The position numbers and the translations under genes were made by a program. From UHGV virus genome UHGV-0126725: DNA of 64,000 bases. One strand, 5' to 3'. The notes under the pieces were generated by a model. The model did no database searches. It saw only the letters and a program-made list of their open reading frames with translations, and was not told the origin of the DNA. Each line of letters begins with the position of its first letter. The stretch's first letter is position 1. The stretch comes from a virus. Below are positions 29,194 through 38,733 of this stretch, in pieces.

Positions 29194-30264
29194 ATGGCTT
29201 GTGATATGAGTAAATTGGCTAATTTTTCTACCGAGCAGCAACAGTTGATTGCTACTTGTGTTGATAGCTATACTGGGGATTTGGCTAATTATGTTGCATC
29301 TAATGTCGATACTGCTGCCGGTAGCATTGACGATAACATTCGTAGCCGTTTTGAAAAAGAAATTCTTCATGGTGAAAAATTTAATTATCGTGTTTATCGT
29401 AAATATAAAAATGATATTTATGCGATTCTTGAAACTGTCTTGGATCAAACTCTGCCCGAGGGATGGAAAGAGAACGAATTCTTTGATCGTTTTGTCGAAA
29501 CTATTCGTGTTGACTTGGGTGATAAGAATGAGTTTTACGCAGAGGATAATGGCTATTTTACTGTATCCAAATTCAGTGGTAATCACTGGGATACTATTCG
29601 TGAGCGTATGGATCTAGGTACATCCTTCTCTGTTCCTACTTCTTGGTGGGTTGTTCATTTCTACAATGATTTTGAGCGGTTTATGAAGAATATTGATTCT
29701 TTTGCAAAGATGATGGACAAGGCGCGGAAGTCCTTCTTGCAGGCATTCCAGAGCGCAGTGTATGCTGCTTTTAGTAATATGAGCGATATGGCTCCTGAAG
29801 GATTTGTTGGTCATGGTGCACTGTCTACTGACACTGAGCGCGATAACCTGCTTGAGCTAATTGACAAAGTTGAAGCTGCAAATGGTGTAAAGCCAATTCT
29901 GATTGGTACTGGTGCTGCTTTACGCAAACTACAGAAGAATATTGATGAAAACTGGATTGCTACTTCTGCAAAAGAAGAGCGCAAAGCCAACGGTATTGTG
30001 TCCAGTTGGGAAGGTTACGATCTCATGCCTATTCCACAAGTGTTCAAACAGGGTACATTTGATTTTGCTTTGTCCACTACAAAGATTCTTATTGTTGCAA
30101 CCAATGCAAAACCGATTAAGTTTGTCTTTGAAGGTGATTCCCGTCTGAAAGAAACTAATGATAATCGCGATAATATGGATCAGACTTTAGAGGCTCAGAT
30201 TCAGGTTAAGGCTGGCCTTGCTACCGTTACCAGTGATTTCATTGGTTATTGGGATTTGGCATAA
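29194..30264 (+). CDS. Major capsid protein
   Basis: 356 aa; position; strong RBS. Confidence 0.8.
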   Translation: MACDMSKLANFSTEQQQLIATCVDSYTGDLANYVASNVDTAAGSIDDNIRSRFEKEILHGEKFNYRVYRKYKNDIYAILETVLDQTLPEGWKENEFFDRFVETIRVDLGDKNEFYAEDNGYFTVSKFSGNHWDTIRERMDLGTSFSVPTSWWVVHFYNDFERFMKNIDSFAKMMDKARKSFLQAFQSAVYAAFSNMSDMAPEGFVGHGALSTDTERDNLLELIDKVEAANGVKPILIGTGAALRKLQKNIDENWIATSAKEERKANGIVSSWEGYDLMPIPQVFKQGTFDFALSTTKILIVATNAKPIKFVFEGDSRLKETNDNRDNMDQTLEAQIQVKAGLATVTSDFIGYWDLA

Positions 30265-30298
30265 TTAAAAAATAAATCTATATTGGGAGGCGTTAATA

Positions 30299-30823
30299 TT
30301 GGCGCAAAATCAGGATACTAAAAATATAATTCCTGAAAGTGGAGCGGTAACTGAACAGGTTGCCGCTCCTTCTACTTCTACCGTTCTAAGTGATGATACT
30401 AAAGTTTTGGTAGAGGCACGTGTTTCTGCTGTTTATTATACTTGTCCAATTACATATGAAACATTTGCATGGTTGGAAGTTGGAGACAAGCAGGAAATGA
30501 CATTTAAACAGCTTCGTATTATGAATACAAAGCATCCACGTTACTTTACTGAGAAATGGCTTTTACCATGTAATTCGCAAGTTTTGAAGAAACTGAATTT
30601 AGAAAAGTATTTTACAAGTAAAGTTAACCGTACTGATATGAAGAAATTATACGGTTCAGATGTTAAGGCTGTGGAAGAATTGCTTTCCAGTTTAGGGTCT
30701 GACGCAAAAGCAGAGCTGGCATCAAAAGTTGGAAAATATGTGAAGGATGGAAAGATTATAAATGTAAAGATTATTCGGTTACTTGAAAAGCAGTTGAATA
30801 TTGAACTGATGAGCCTTGTGTGA
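30299..30823 (+). CDS. Virion morphogenesis hypothetical protein
   Basis: Synteny; GGGAGG RBS. Confidence 0.6.
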   Translation: MAQNQDTKNIIPESGAVTEQVAAPSTSTVLSDDTKVLVEARVSAVYYTCPITYETFAWLEVGDKQEMTFKQLRIMNTKHPRYFTEKWLLPCNSQVLKKLNLEKYFTSKVNRTDMKKLYGSDVKAVEELLSSLGSDAKAELASKVGKYVKDGKIINVKIIRLLEKQLNIELMSLV

Positions 30824-30838
30824 TGGAGGTGATTCCCC

Positions 30839-31252
30839 ATGGGTACACCTTTTAAGGAACTTTATGAAAGTGTATTATCAAAAATTAAGGATTATGATTT
30901 TTTAAATTTAAATGAAGAAGAAATTTACGAAGTATTGTCTGACTATTTACGTCCCGCAATTGCAGCTTTTAGAGGTTGTAAACAAGATTTATCACAACGA
31001 GACGATATGCAATTTCACTGTAAATTAACGGATACTGAAATTGAGATTTTATCAAACTACATGGTAATAAATTATCTTGATAGCAATTATATTCGTGTTC
31101 CTCTTGCTTTAAAACAAACGCTTTCGAGTAAAGATTTTAATGCATTCTCACCAGCAAATCAGTTAGATAAGATGATTGCTATGCGCGAAAAATATCGCAA
31201 GGATAATGAAACGCTTTTATCTCGTTATCGTTGGATTAATCGAAATACATAA
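30839..31252 (+). CDS. Probable head-tail adaptor
   Basis: Synteny; KDFNAFSPAN. Confidence 0.6.
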   Translation: MGTPFKELYESVLSKIKDYDFLNLNEEEIYEVLSDYLRPAIAAFRGCKQDLSQRDDMQFHCKLTDTEIEILSNYMVINYLDSNYIRVPLALKQTLSSKDFNAFSPANQLDKMIAMREKYRKDNETLLSRYRWINRNT

Positions 31253-31262
31253 TGGGAGGTGA

Positions 31263-32036
31263 TTGTCTGTGGGTGGTTATAAAAATTTTCTGAATAGGAT
31301 GAAAGCTGGAGGAACTACTATGCGAAATGAACAATTAGAAAACGCATTACACCTAGTTCGTCAAACATTTGCAGACGATCCTTCCTATATTCCTGATGGA
31401 GTTACTGTTTGGAATACAGATCGATTAATTCATCCTCGTATCTATTCAAATAAATATCGCTCTACATCCCCCGCTCAAGCCAACATTCAAACTATGATTG
31501 ATGAGCCATTTTATATGGGTGATGTAATTCCATGGCCTGATCACGGATATTGGTTGTGTGTAAATTCTAATAATTTACATAGAATTCAATGGGAAGGGAC
31601 ATTAACATTTTGTAATTACACAGTGAAATTTTTCTCTCCGTTGACAAATGAAATTGTTGAATATCCGGTCAGTCTTATTAACTCTACACAGTATGGCAGC
31701 GGCGAAACAGAGCGATATGATGATAAAATTCATATGATAATTGGAACATCACAAATGATCATGTATATTTCTTTCGACGAGCATACTCGTTTAATTGACA
31801 GCGGGTTCCGTTTTCTAATAGACCGAAACTTGGAAAACCCTACTGCTTTTGAAGTGAAACAAGCTGATATGGTGAGTTATTCGGATTCGGGAGATAAAGG
31901 TTATATCCATTTAACAGTTGCAGAATCTCCATTTGATCCAAAACGAGATAATAAGGAACTAATGATTGCTGACTATGTTTTTGATCCCGTTGGAACTGGC
32001 GAGGAATTAAAAGAAAAGACCGATATGTGGATTTGA
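31263..32036 (+). CDS. Probable head closure protein
   Basis: Synteny. Confidence 0.5.
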   Translation: MSVGGYKNFLNRMKAGGTTMRNEQLENALHLVRQTFADDPSYIPDGVTVWNTDRLIHPRIYSNKYRSTSPAQANIQTMIDEPFYMGDVIPWPDHGYWLCVNSNNLHRIQWEGTLTFCNYTVKFFSPLTNEIVEYPVSLINSTQYGSGETERYDDKIHMIIGTSQMIMYISFDEHTRLIDSGFRFLIDRNLENPTAFEVKQADMVSYSDSGDKGYIHLTVAESPFDPKRDNKELMIADYVFDPVGTGEELKEKTDMWI

Positions 32037-32045
32037 GGTGGTATA

Positions 32046-32537
32046 GTGGCTTTATTAAAAGAACTAACAGAATATCGGAGTAAAATTATGAAATTGTTGT
32101 GCAGCGATCAGCAAATCGTTGATTTGGTAAAAGACAAGCCCAATTCCCCTATCCCAGATCGCTCTTTAATGTATAAAAATTTCTTTCCATACGCTTATAC
32201 TCCTGATGTAGTAAAAGACACAGATACCTTTATATGTTTTAGAATATATATTCCAGAGGTTTCATCGAAAACATTTAAAAAGATTAATATTGTCTTTTAT
32301 GTTTTTTCACATCAAGATTACATACGTACAAGTGATGGTTTACGTCCTGATTTAATAGCAGAGCGAATTGAAAATTTGTTTAACGGAAGTATGGACTTGG
32401 GTGTCGGAAGAATGAAGCTGGAAGGAATTGATGACATTAGCCCATCGTCAACATTTCATGGTATTGCTTTAGAATATTCTGTATCAGAATTTAATCGCCC
32501 CACTATTAATGGAGATTCGAGGGCTGGTGCAGAATAA
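32046..32537 (+). CDS. Probable tail terminator
   Basis: Synteny. Confidence 0.5.
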   Translation: MALLKELTEYRSKIMKLLCSDQQIVDLVKDKPNSPIPDRSLMYKNFFPYAYTPDVVKDTDTFICFRIYIPEVSSKTFKKINIVFYVFSHQDYIRTSDGLRPDLIAERIENLFNGSMDLGVGRMKLEGIDDISPSSTFHGIALEYSVSEFNRPTINGDSRAGAE

Positions 32538-33265
32538 TGATACAGAAGCCAAATTTGCTGCGAGTTAATGAATATCAAATAAATGATAAAATATCTGTTC
32601 ATGTTCCAACAATAGAAGAAATTTTTGATTATGGAGATCAAAAATATTACAGTATTGTCCAAACTTTAGTTGCTACACCATTTGATTTAATGGTAGAACT
32701 TGATGATATAGGAATAGATTATGAAACAATTACAGATTTTCAGTTATTTGTACTAATGATAGAGTCTATTGCTATTAATGAAGAAGATACTTCAATTTTG
32801 TTTGGAAATTTAAATTTAAAAAATTTTCAAGAGGCAAAAAATCAGCAAAATGGCGAACATGTTTTATGGGATAAGGAAAATGAAATTGTAATTGATCAAA
32901 TGATTGCATTAGAAATTTGTAATGCTATTCGTAAAATACATTTTTGGGAGGCTCCTATTGGACGCGCTGGTAATGTTGAAGCAAAACAATATTTAATTCA
33001 GCGTAATAGAATAAAAAAGCAACGGCTTGCAAAAAAGCCATATAAGTCCTTTTTAGAAAACATCATTATTTCTTTAGTAAATACGGAAGAATTTAAATAT
33101 GATTATGAATCTGTTATGGACTTGAGTATATATAAATTAAATGCAAGTTGGAGACAAATTCAAAAAAAGAAGCATTGGGAACAGACAATGAATGGAGCTT
33201 TCTTTGGAACTGTTGACTTATCAAAAATAAATCTTGAAAAGATAAGTTGGTTATCACCGGATTAG
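32537..33265 (+). CDS. Tail-region hypothetical protein
   Basis: Synteny. Confidence 0.55.
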   Translation: MIQKPNLLRVNEYQINDKISVHVPTIEEIFDYGDQKYYSIVQTLVATPFDLMVELDDIGIDYETITDFQLFVLMIESIAINEEDTSILFGNLNLKNFQEAKNQQNGEHVLWDKENEIVIDQMIALEICNAIRKIHFWEAPIGRAGNVEAKQYLIQRNRIKKQRLAKKPYKSFLENIIISLVNTEEFKYDYESVMDLSIYKLNASWRQIQKKKHWEQTMNGAFFGTVDLSKINLEKISWLSPD

Positions 33266-33282
33266 TTATCCGGTGATTTTTA
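33252..33282 (+). terminator. Intrinsic terminator
   Basis: ATCACCGGAT...ATCCGGTGAT followed by T run. Confidence 0.7.
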
Positions 33283-33307
33283 TTTATCGAAAAAGGAGGA
33301 AGGATAT

Positions 33308-34126
33308 ATGTCTAATCTAGTTGTTAATGATTTGTCCATTACAAGTCTTGAGACTATTATGGCATTTGGTATTAATGGCGGTGCGCATCGTTTTACATTG
33401 GACGAGTTGCAGAACGCTACTATTTCTAACTCTCAAGAAAATACTGCTTTGACTGGTAAAGGTGGTCGTACTATCGGTCAGTTGAAGCGGAACAAAGCTG
33501 TTACTGTTTCTGGAACTAATGGCATGGTTTCTATGGGTATGGTTGAAGTAGATGTTGGTTCTGCTGGTGAGCATAAAGAGTCTACTCCGGTTAAGGTTCC
33601 TGATTATTTGACTGTTGAAAGCAATAAGGCTACTACTAGCTATAAAGCAATTGGTACTGCTGGTAACGAAATTCAGGAAGTGATTGTAAAAAATTCTGAT
33701 GGTACTATTAATAAGCGTTTGACTCAGGACGCTACTGCTGCTGAAGGAAAATTCGCTTATGATCCCGAGACAAAAGAACTGAGCTTTAATACCGGTGAGA
33801 TTGAAGATGGGACTTCTATTGTTGTGTATTATACTCGCAATGTAGAAGGCGACGTTATTAGTAATATTTCTGATAATTATTCCGAGACTGTTGAGATGTA
33901 TGTGGATGCATTGGCTGAAGATAAGTGCCACAATATTTATCATGTTCAGTTCTATCTTCCTTATGCTGACTTTACTGGTACTTTTGATCTTGCTTTGGGT
34001 GATAGTCAGACAACGCATGGTTTTGAGGCAACCAGCCTTGCTTCCGCTTGTACAAACGGAGGTACAAAGTTCTGGGATATGACAGTATTCGGGGTTTCAG
34101 CCGAAGATGCTGATGGAACCCCTTAA
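33308..34126 (+). CDS. Major tail (tube) protein
   Basis: 272 aa; AGGAGG RBS; position. Confidence 0.75.
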   Translation: MSNLVVNDLSITSLETIMAFGINGGAHRFTLDELQNATISNSQENTALTGKGGRTIGQLKRNKAVTVSGTNGMVSMGMVEVDVGSAGEHKESTPVKVPDYLTVESNKATTSYKAIGTAGNEIQEVIVKNSDGTINKRLTQDATAAEGKFAYDPETKELSFNTGEIEDGTSIVVYYTRNVEGDVISNISDNYSETVEMYVDALAEDKCHNIYHVQFYLPYADFTGTFDLALGDSQTTHGFEATSLASACTNGGTKFWDMTVFGVSAEDADGTP

Positions 34127-34503
34127 TTGGGTCTGATCTATTAACTATCCCAGCCCAAGGTCAGACCCTATTGGGCAAAACCGTATCTGAATTGATTGGA
34201 ATAGACATTGAGGTATATGCCGACGGATCTGTGGCAGGTACGCTTAAAAATGTAACTGATTTTACAGAATTCAATTCTACTGATGTAAATGAGCAATCGG
34301 GGCACTATTTCCCGTTACATCTTACTCAGACAGGAACAAAAATGACTTTAAAGACTAATGGTGTTGCAAAGCCCGGAAAGGAAAATATGGACTTTGATCC
34401 AGATATTATTTTCCGTGTCGCTGATAAAGATACCACTTTCACAATTGAGGTCGATGGTAAAGAAGTTGTTACACTGAACTTTAAGAAAGCAATTTTTGCT
34501 TAA
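34123..34503 (+). CDS. -1 frameshift extension of the tail tube protein (126 aa)
   Basis: -1 frame is open from ACC CCT TAA; no RBS before TTG 34171; 11-bp stem downstream. Confidence 0.75.
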   Translation, partial: LIGSDLLTIPAQGQTLLGKTVSELIGIDIEVYADGSVAGTLKNVTDFTEFNSTDVNEQSGHYFPLHLTQTGTKMTLKTNGVAKPGKENMDFDPDIIFRVADKDTTFTIEVDGKEVVTLNFKKAIFA

Positions 34504-34519
34504 TTGAGAGGTGTTAATT

Positions 34520-34783
34520 ATGCAAAATCGCACTATTCCTTGTCGTGTCTGTGGAAAACAGTTTGTTCCATGCAATAAAACAAGTAGTGCGCTTGGAGCT
34601 TTTAATTATCATTCTATTGCTTGCAGTCCTGAATGCGGAGCAGAATATTTGAGGCGTGTTCAGGCTGCGCGGCAAAAGTCAGATAAACTAGCATCTATAA
34701 CTGAAGAAACAGTAAATGATGAAAAAACAGAATCTAAGCGTACTCGCGGTAAACGGCGAGAATTGGAAATAGCAGAAAACTAA
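34520..34783 (+). CDS. Zn-finger hypothetical protein
   Basis: CRVC...CSPEC. Confidence 0.7.
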   Translation: MQNRTIPCRVCGKQFVPCNKTSSALGAFNYHSIACSPECGAEYLRRVQAARQKSDKLASITEETVNDEKTESKRTRGKRRELEIAEN

Positions 34784-34787
34784 ACTG

Positions 34788-34821
34788 TGGGAGGGTACTA
34801 TGCCCTCCCCTCTTTTATTTT
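34788..34821 (+). terminator. Intrinsic terminator
   Basis: GGGAGGG...CCCTCCC followed by T run. Confidence 0.65.
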
Positions 34822-34836
34822 GATGGGAGTGAATAA

Positions 34837-35328
34837 ATGGCAAAAGCATCGAAATTTAATGTAAGTACAGATTTAAGAAAACGTACATATAATGGAATCG
34901 TTTTTGATTCAAGATTAGAGATGCTTTATTATCGTGATATACTTTGTCCATTAGAGAAGAGTGGCGATATTGTTTATTGTGAGTTACAAAAACCATATGA
35001 GTTACAACCGAAGTTCGTTCATGATAATAAAACTGTTCAAGCGATTAAATATGTCGCTGATTTTTTTGTTCGTTATAAAGATGGACACGAAGAAGTTATT
35101 GATACAAAAGGGTATCCTGACTCTACTGCTCTCTTGAAAAGAAAATTATTTTGGTATCACTATCCTGATGTTATTTACAGATGGATTTGTTATTCTAAAA
35201 TAGATGGAGGGTGGTGTGATTATGAATATGTTAAAAAACAGCGCGCAAATAGAAAAAGAGAAAAACAAAAGGAATTGACACTCCCCACGGATAAATCCGA
35301 GGGTATTACGCCACGTGTAATAAATTGA
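34837..35328 (+). CDS. DUF1064-family PD-(D/E)xK nuclease-like protein
   Basis: GIVFDSRLE, YELQP, YVADF, IDTKG. Confidence 0.8.
   Translation: MAKASKFNVSTDLRKRTYNGIVFDSRLEMLYYRDILCPLEKSGDIVYCELQKPYELQPKFVHDNKTVQAIKYVADFFVRYKDGHEEVIDTKGYPDSTALLKRKLFWYHYPDVIYRWICYSKIDGGWCDYEYVKKQRANRKREKQKELTLPTDKSEGITPRVIN
35275..35324. mobile_element. IS200/IS605-like end remnant
   Basis: TTGACACTCCCCACGGATAAATCCGAGGGTATTACG hairpin; no transposase nearby. Confidence 0.55.
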
Positions 35329-35383
35329 TAACTTATATTTATGTGAATCCGTATTTCAAATATTGTTTAAAGGAGAATTGACA

Positions 35384-36046
35384 ATGAGTAAAATTACAAA
35401 AAAGTCTATTAATAATCTTATGGAGATTTATAAGCGTGGAACAACCGAAGTTGTACTGACTTTGACTGATCCAAATAATGATAATTCTGTTGTGATGGAA
35501 ATTCCTGTAAAAACTACTCTAACTGTTGAAGAAACAGGTATGTTTATAAATCGAGTAGTGAATGCCTGTTTTAACGCAGATGGAGAGTTTCAGCCACAGT
35601 ACCTTGATCCCGTGTTCATGATTACATTACTTCAAATGACTACTAACGTTCCTGTATTTGAGGAAACAATTAGGCTGACAAATGATGACGGAACTGAATC
35701 TGAAGATACAACAAATGTTGTTGATATTGAAAAAACATATGAATTATGTAAGGCTATTAATCTTGTTAAGAATGTTAAAGATGCTTCTTATCAGACTTTA
35801 GTCGCTGGTTTAAAGGAAATGGTTCAAGACAAGCTGGAATTTGTTAAGCAACTTAGATACAGTCAGGAACGCCAGATGCTCTCTAAGGCTCGTGAAGAAC
35901 TCGAAAATGGAGTTGCTATGGTAAGCGGAATTGGTCAACAATTAAACGAAACTCTTGCAAACGCAAGCACAGCAAATGAGATGGCAGAAGCTTTTAAGAA
36001 AATGAACTATTCTGATTTGGTAAGTGCAGTTATGAGTGCAACATAA
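35384..36046 (+). CDS. Hypothetical protein (possible tail assembly chaperone)
   Basis: Between tail tube and tape measure genes. Confidence 0.5.
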   Translation: MSKITKKSINNLMEIYKRGTTEVVLTLTDPNNDNSVVMEIPVKTTLTVEETGMFINRVVNACFNADGEFQPQYLDPVFMITLLQMTTNVPVFEETIRLTNDDGTESEDTTNVVDIEKTYELCKAINLVKNVKDASYQTLVAGLKEMVQDKLEFVKQLRYSQERQMLSKAREELENGVAMVSGIGQQLNETLANASTANEMAEAFKKMNYSDLVSAVMSAT

Positions 36047-36363
36047 TAATTACGTCAATTTTTGGTTATTCATGATGTTTTTAATATAAATTTTGTAGAC
36101 ATTAAATTTTTTACAAAACAACCTTTTATCATGTTCGATTGCTAAATGATAATTAAGTAGTAGTTCAGAAACCCTAGTATATGAACTCAAAATAGATTGC
36201 ATTGATACACTAATATTTTTTTTGATTTTCTTATAAATTATTTCATCTTAACATTTGTGGATTATAATATCAATATAGTTTATTTTTGGAATGATTTTTG
36301 TTATAATTAAGCTGTCAAATTCGACCAATATTATCTAAATCATTTCAAAAGGGAGAGAATATC

Positions 36364-37281
36364 ATGAAAAAAGTTTTAGGTATGTGTCTATTGGCGTTTG
36401 TGCTCTTGTTTAGTGGATGCACAAATCAACCAGAAAATGTCACAAAAGAATCATCTATCGAGGATGCCGCTGCTACATATCAAAATGATGAAACCACATC
36501 GGTCTCTGACATTGACAACATTGTGGATGACGAAAAAATCGTTGAAACTTCAGAAGCTGATACTAACCCAGAAAATGAAGTGTCAATTGATGATAGTACC
36601 ATTGAACAGCACAACGATGAAACCACATTGGCCTCTGACTTTGATAATATTGTGGATGATGAAATTGCAAATACTGATACTGAAGTAGATGCGGAAACAA
36701 AAACGTCCAATGTTGAGTCGGCTTATTTAGAAGCTTGTTCTCTTACAATACACGATTTGGATGAAAAAAACTCTATTACTGGTACGAATTTCTATTATAA
36801 AGGACTAATTATTCAATCAGAAGACGAAGAAGATCTAATGAAAAGTTGGAATACCGAACACTCATTGAATCAAGGAGCTATATATAGAACAATTGCCAAG
36901 GCTCTTATAGGATTTAAAGGAGGGATAAACAGCGGTGAAAACTATGCTGAAATAATGTGTGGAATAGAATGGACAAGCAGAGCTGAATTTGAACCATATG
37001 TAACAAATGCTTCTGAATTTATCTGTACTGAAAATTCGGTCACACAAGTAATGAAAAAACTACAATCCTTAACTTGTGTAAGTGGCAGTTTTGATTATGA
37101 AAATGAAAAGTATTACGTTACAATTTCTGATCTAACAGATTGCGCAGACGAAATGATGATTTCAGAGGAAATGCTTGGTTATATTTTTGCAATGCTGGAC
37201 GAATATTCACCAGCAATAATGTTCGATGGGAATAGTTGCACAATTGACTTTGAACTTTATGTTTCTAAAAATTGGGGATGA
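36364..37281 (+). CDS. Acidic lipoprotein (moron)
   Basis: Lipobox FSGC; internal NDETT..SD.DNIVDDE duplication; AT-rich upstream region. Confidence 0.8.
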   Translation: MKKVLGMCLLAFVLLFSGCTNQPENVTKESSIEDAAATYQNDETTSVSDIDNIVDDEKIVETSEADTNPENEVSIDDSTIEQHNDETTLASDFDNIVDDEIANTDTEVDAETKTSNVESAYLEACSLTIHDLDEKNSITGTNFYYKGLIIQSEDEEDLMKSWNTEHSLNQGAIYRTIAKALIGFKGGINSGENYAEIMCGIEWTSRAEFEPYVTNASEFICTENSVTQVMKKLQSLTCVSGSFDYENEKYYVTISDLTDCADEMMISEEMLGYIFAMLDEYSPAIMFDGNSCTIDFELYVSKNWG

Positions 37282-37322
37282 TCAACTCTGATTTTGAAAA
37301 TATAATTGTAGGGGGTTACATT

Positions 37323-37913
37323 ATGGCTTTAATTAAATGCCCTGAGTGTGGCAAAGAGGTCAGCGATAAAGCTTCTGCTTGTATCCATTGCGGGTATCCT
37401 TTGCAAGAGCAACAAAATGTTGATACTGTGTATAACTCTCCAAAAGTAGAAGAGAAAATTATAGATGGCAAAATATTAAGGAAAACAACACATAGAAAAG
37501 TTTTTTTGTTTGTTATTGCTATTATAGTTATTTCCGCATTTTTTATAATTTTGATCTCATCTGTTTTTCTTACTTCCTGTACTTCAAATTCTAATATTAT
37601 CGGAACATGGACAGTTGAAAAATATATATGTGGGGGTGAGTCTATAGCAACAGATGAGATTGCTGATTGGTTTGGAGAATATTTTGCTCAAAATAATGAT
37701 ATAAAACTCGTATTTCAGAAATCCATGCATGTAAAAATTTATATTCCAAATGTGTTTGATGAGACAGTGTTTGATGAGACAGCAAATTATACAGTTACAG
37801 ACAATTTAATTGAAATTTATGATGATGATTATGATTCTGAGTATCTTACCATAGCAGATGGAAAGATACTAATGAAATTGGATTTTAATACATATGCCGT
37901 TTTATCTAAATAG
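37323..37913 (+). CDS. Zinc-ribbon + TM membrane protein
   Basis: MALIKCPECGKEVSDKASACIHCG; one TM segment. Confidence 0.8.
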   Translation: MALIKCPECGKEVSDKASACIHCGYPLQEQQNVDTVYNSPKVEEKIIDGKILRKTTHRKVFLFVIAIIVISAFFIILISSVFLTSCTSNSNIIGTWTVEKYICGGESIATDEIADWFGEYFAQNNDIKLVFQKSMHVKIYIPNVFDETVFDETANYTVTDNLIEIYDDDYDSEYLTIADGKILMKLDFNTYAVLSK

Positions 37914-38023
37914 TGTGGAGTGATGGTACAAGAGGATACAGTATTGTGACTGGACTTATAGGAAGCAATAAGACTGTTCTTACTTGTTTGAAATGTGGGT
38001 ATCGATGGAAGCCCGGAAAATAA
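37913..38023 (+). pseudogene. Orphan C-terminal zinc-ribbon fragment
   Basis: Translates RGYSIVTGLIGSNKTVLTCLKCGYRWKPGK*. Confidence 0.55.
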
Positions 38024-38145
38024 TTTATTGTCAAAGTGAAATATGGAAATAATAATATATAACATTTTGACAATATGATGAGTTTTATAGTAATAGATCT
38101 AATTTCTAAGGAAAATCTTAGGAAAACAATAATATACAGTAACTG

Positions 38146-38176
38146 ACCGAGAGTATCATTGTACTCTCGGTTTTTT
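38146..38176 (+). terminator. Intrinsic terminator
   Basis: ACCGAGAGTA...TACTCTCGGT followed by T run. Confidence 0.75.
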
Positions 38177-38195
38177 CCATATTAGGAGGTGTTTT

Positions 38196-38645
38196 ATGTC
38201 TTTAGAAAAAATTATATCAAATCTTGACCTAACTAAAATTAAAGCGCCTTCAGGATTAACTTATTCTCAGGAACTCGTTCGTGCAGCATATCTATTAAGA
38301 GAATGTATCCAGTCCAGAATCAATAGAGGCAGTATGGGAAACTGTATATCTGCTGCTGATATTGCAGATATAAAAATTGAAGGACTGACTTTACGTGTAA
38401 CTTTAAATATACAAAATTCGTTACGTCCATCTAAATTTTATTCATGGAACAAGAAATATGCTAACGTATTTTGGCTTTTAAATGATGGATATACAGTAAA
38501 AAAAGACGTTTGGTTTAAAAACATACCAAATTTCGGTTATCGAGTTGGAGAACAATTTGTTGAAAAAGGAATAAAAGATTTTGATTCAAAAAATTCTCTT
38601 GGGATTAAAATAAATGTTACTCGTCCTTCTAGTGTCATCATTTAG
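38196..38645 (+). CDS. Hypothetical virion-region protein
   Basis: AGGAGGT RBS; precedes the tape measure gene. Confidence 0.65.
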   Translation: MSLEKIISNLDLTKIKAPSGLTYSQELVRAAYLLRECIQSRINRGSMGNCISAADIADIKIEGLTLRVTLNIQNSLRPSKFYSWNKKYANVFWLLNDGYTVKKDVWFKNIPNFGYRVGEQFVEKGIKDFDSKNSLGIKINVTRPSSVII

Positions 38646-38681
38646 AAAGTGTCCGTATTGTTGGTTAGTAACAATAAATTC

Positions 38682-38711
38682 GCCTCGCTCTTATTGAGCG
38701 AGGTTTTATTT
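38682..38711 (+). terminator. Intrinsic terminator
   Basis: CCTCGCTC...GAGCGAGG followed by T-rich tail. Confidence 0.65.
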
Positions 38712-38733
38712 ATGTACAATGGAGGTGAATTGA

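Noticed and set aside
27809..34018. Long minus-strand ORFs (27809-28414, 33317-34018 and others)
   Set aside because: Antisense shadows of codon-biased structural genes.
34171..34503. Independent gene
   Set aside because: No RBS; better explained as a frameshift extension.
35384..36046. G/GT-type chaperone frameshift
   Set aside because: No slippery site with an open downstream frame was found.
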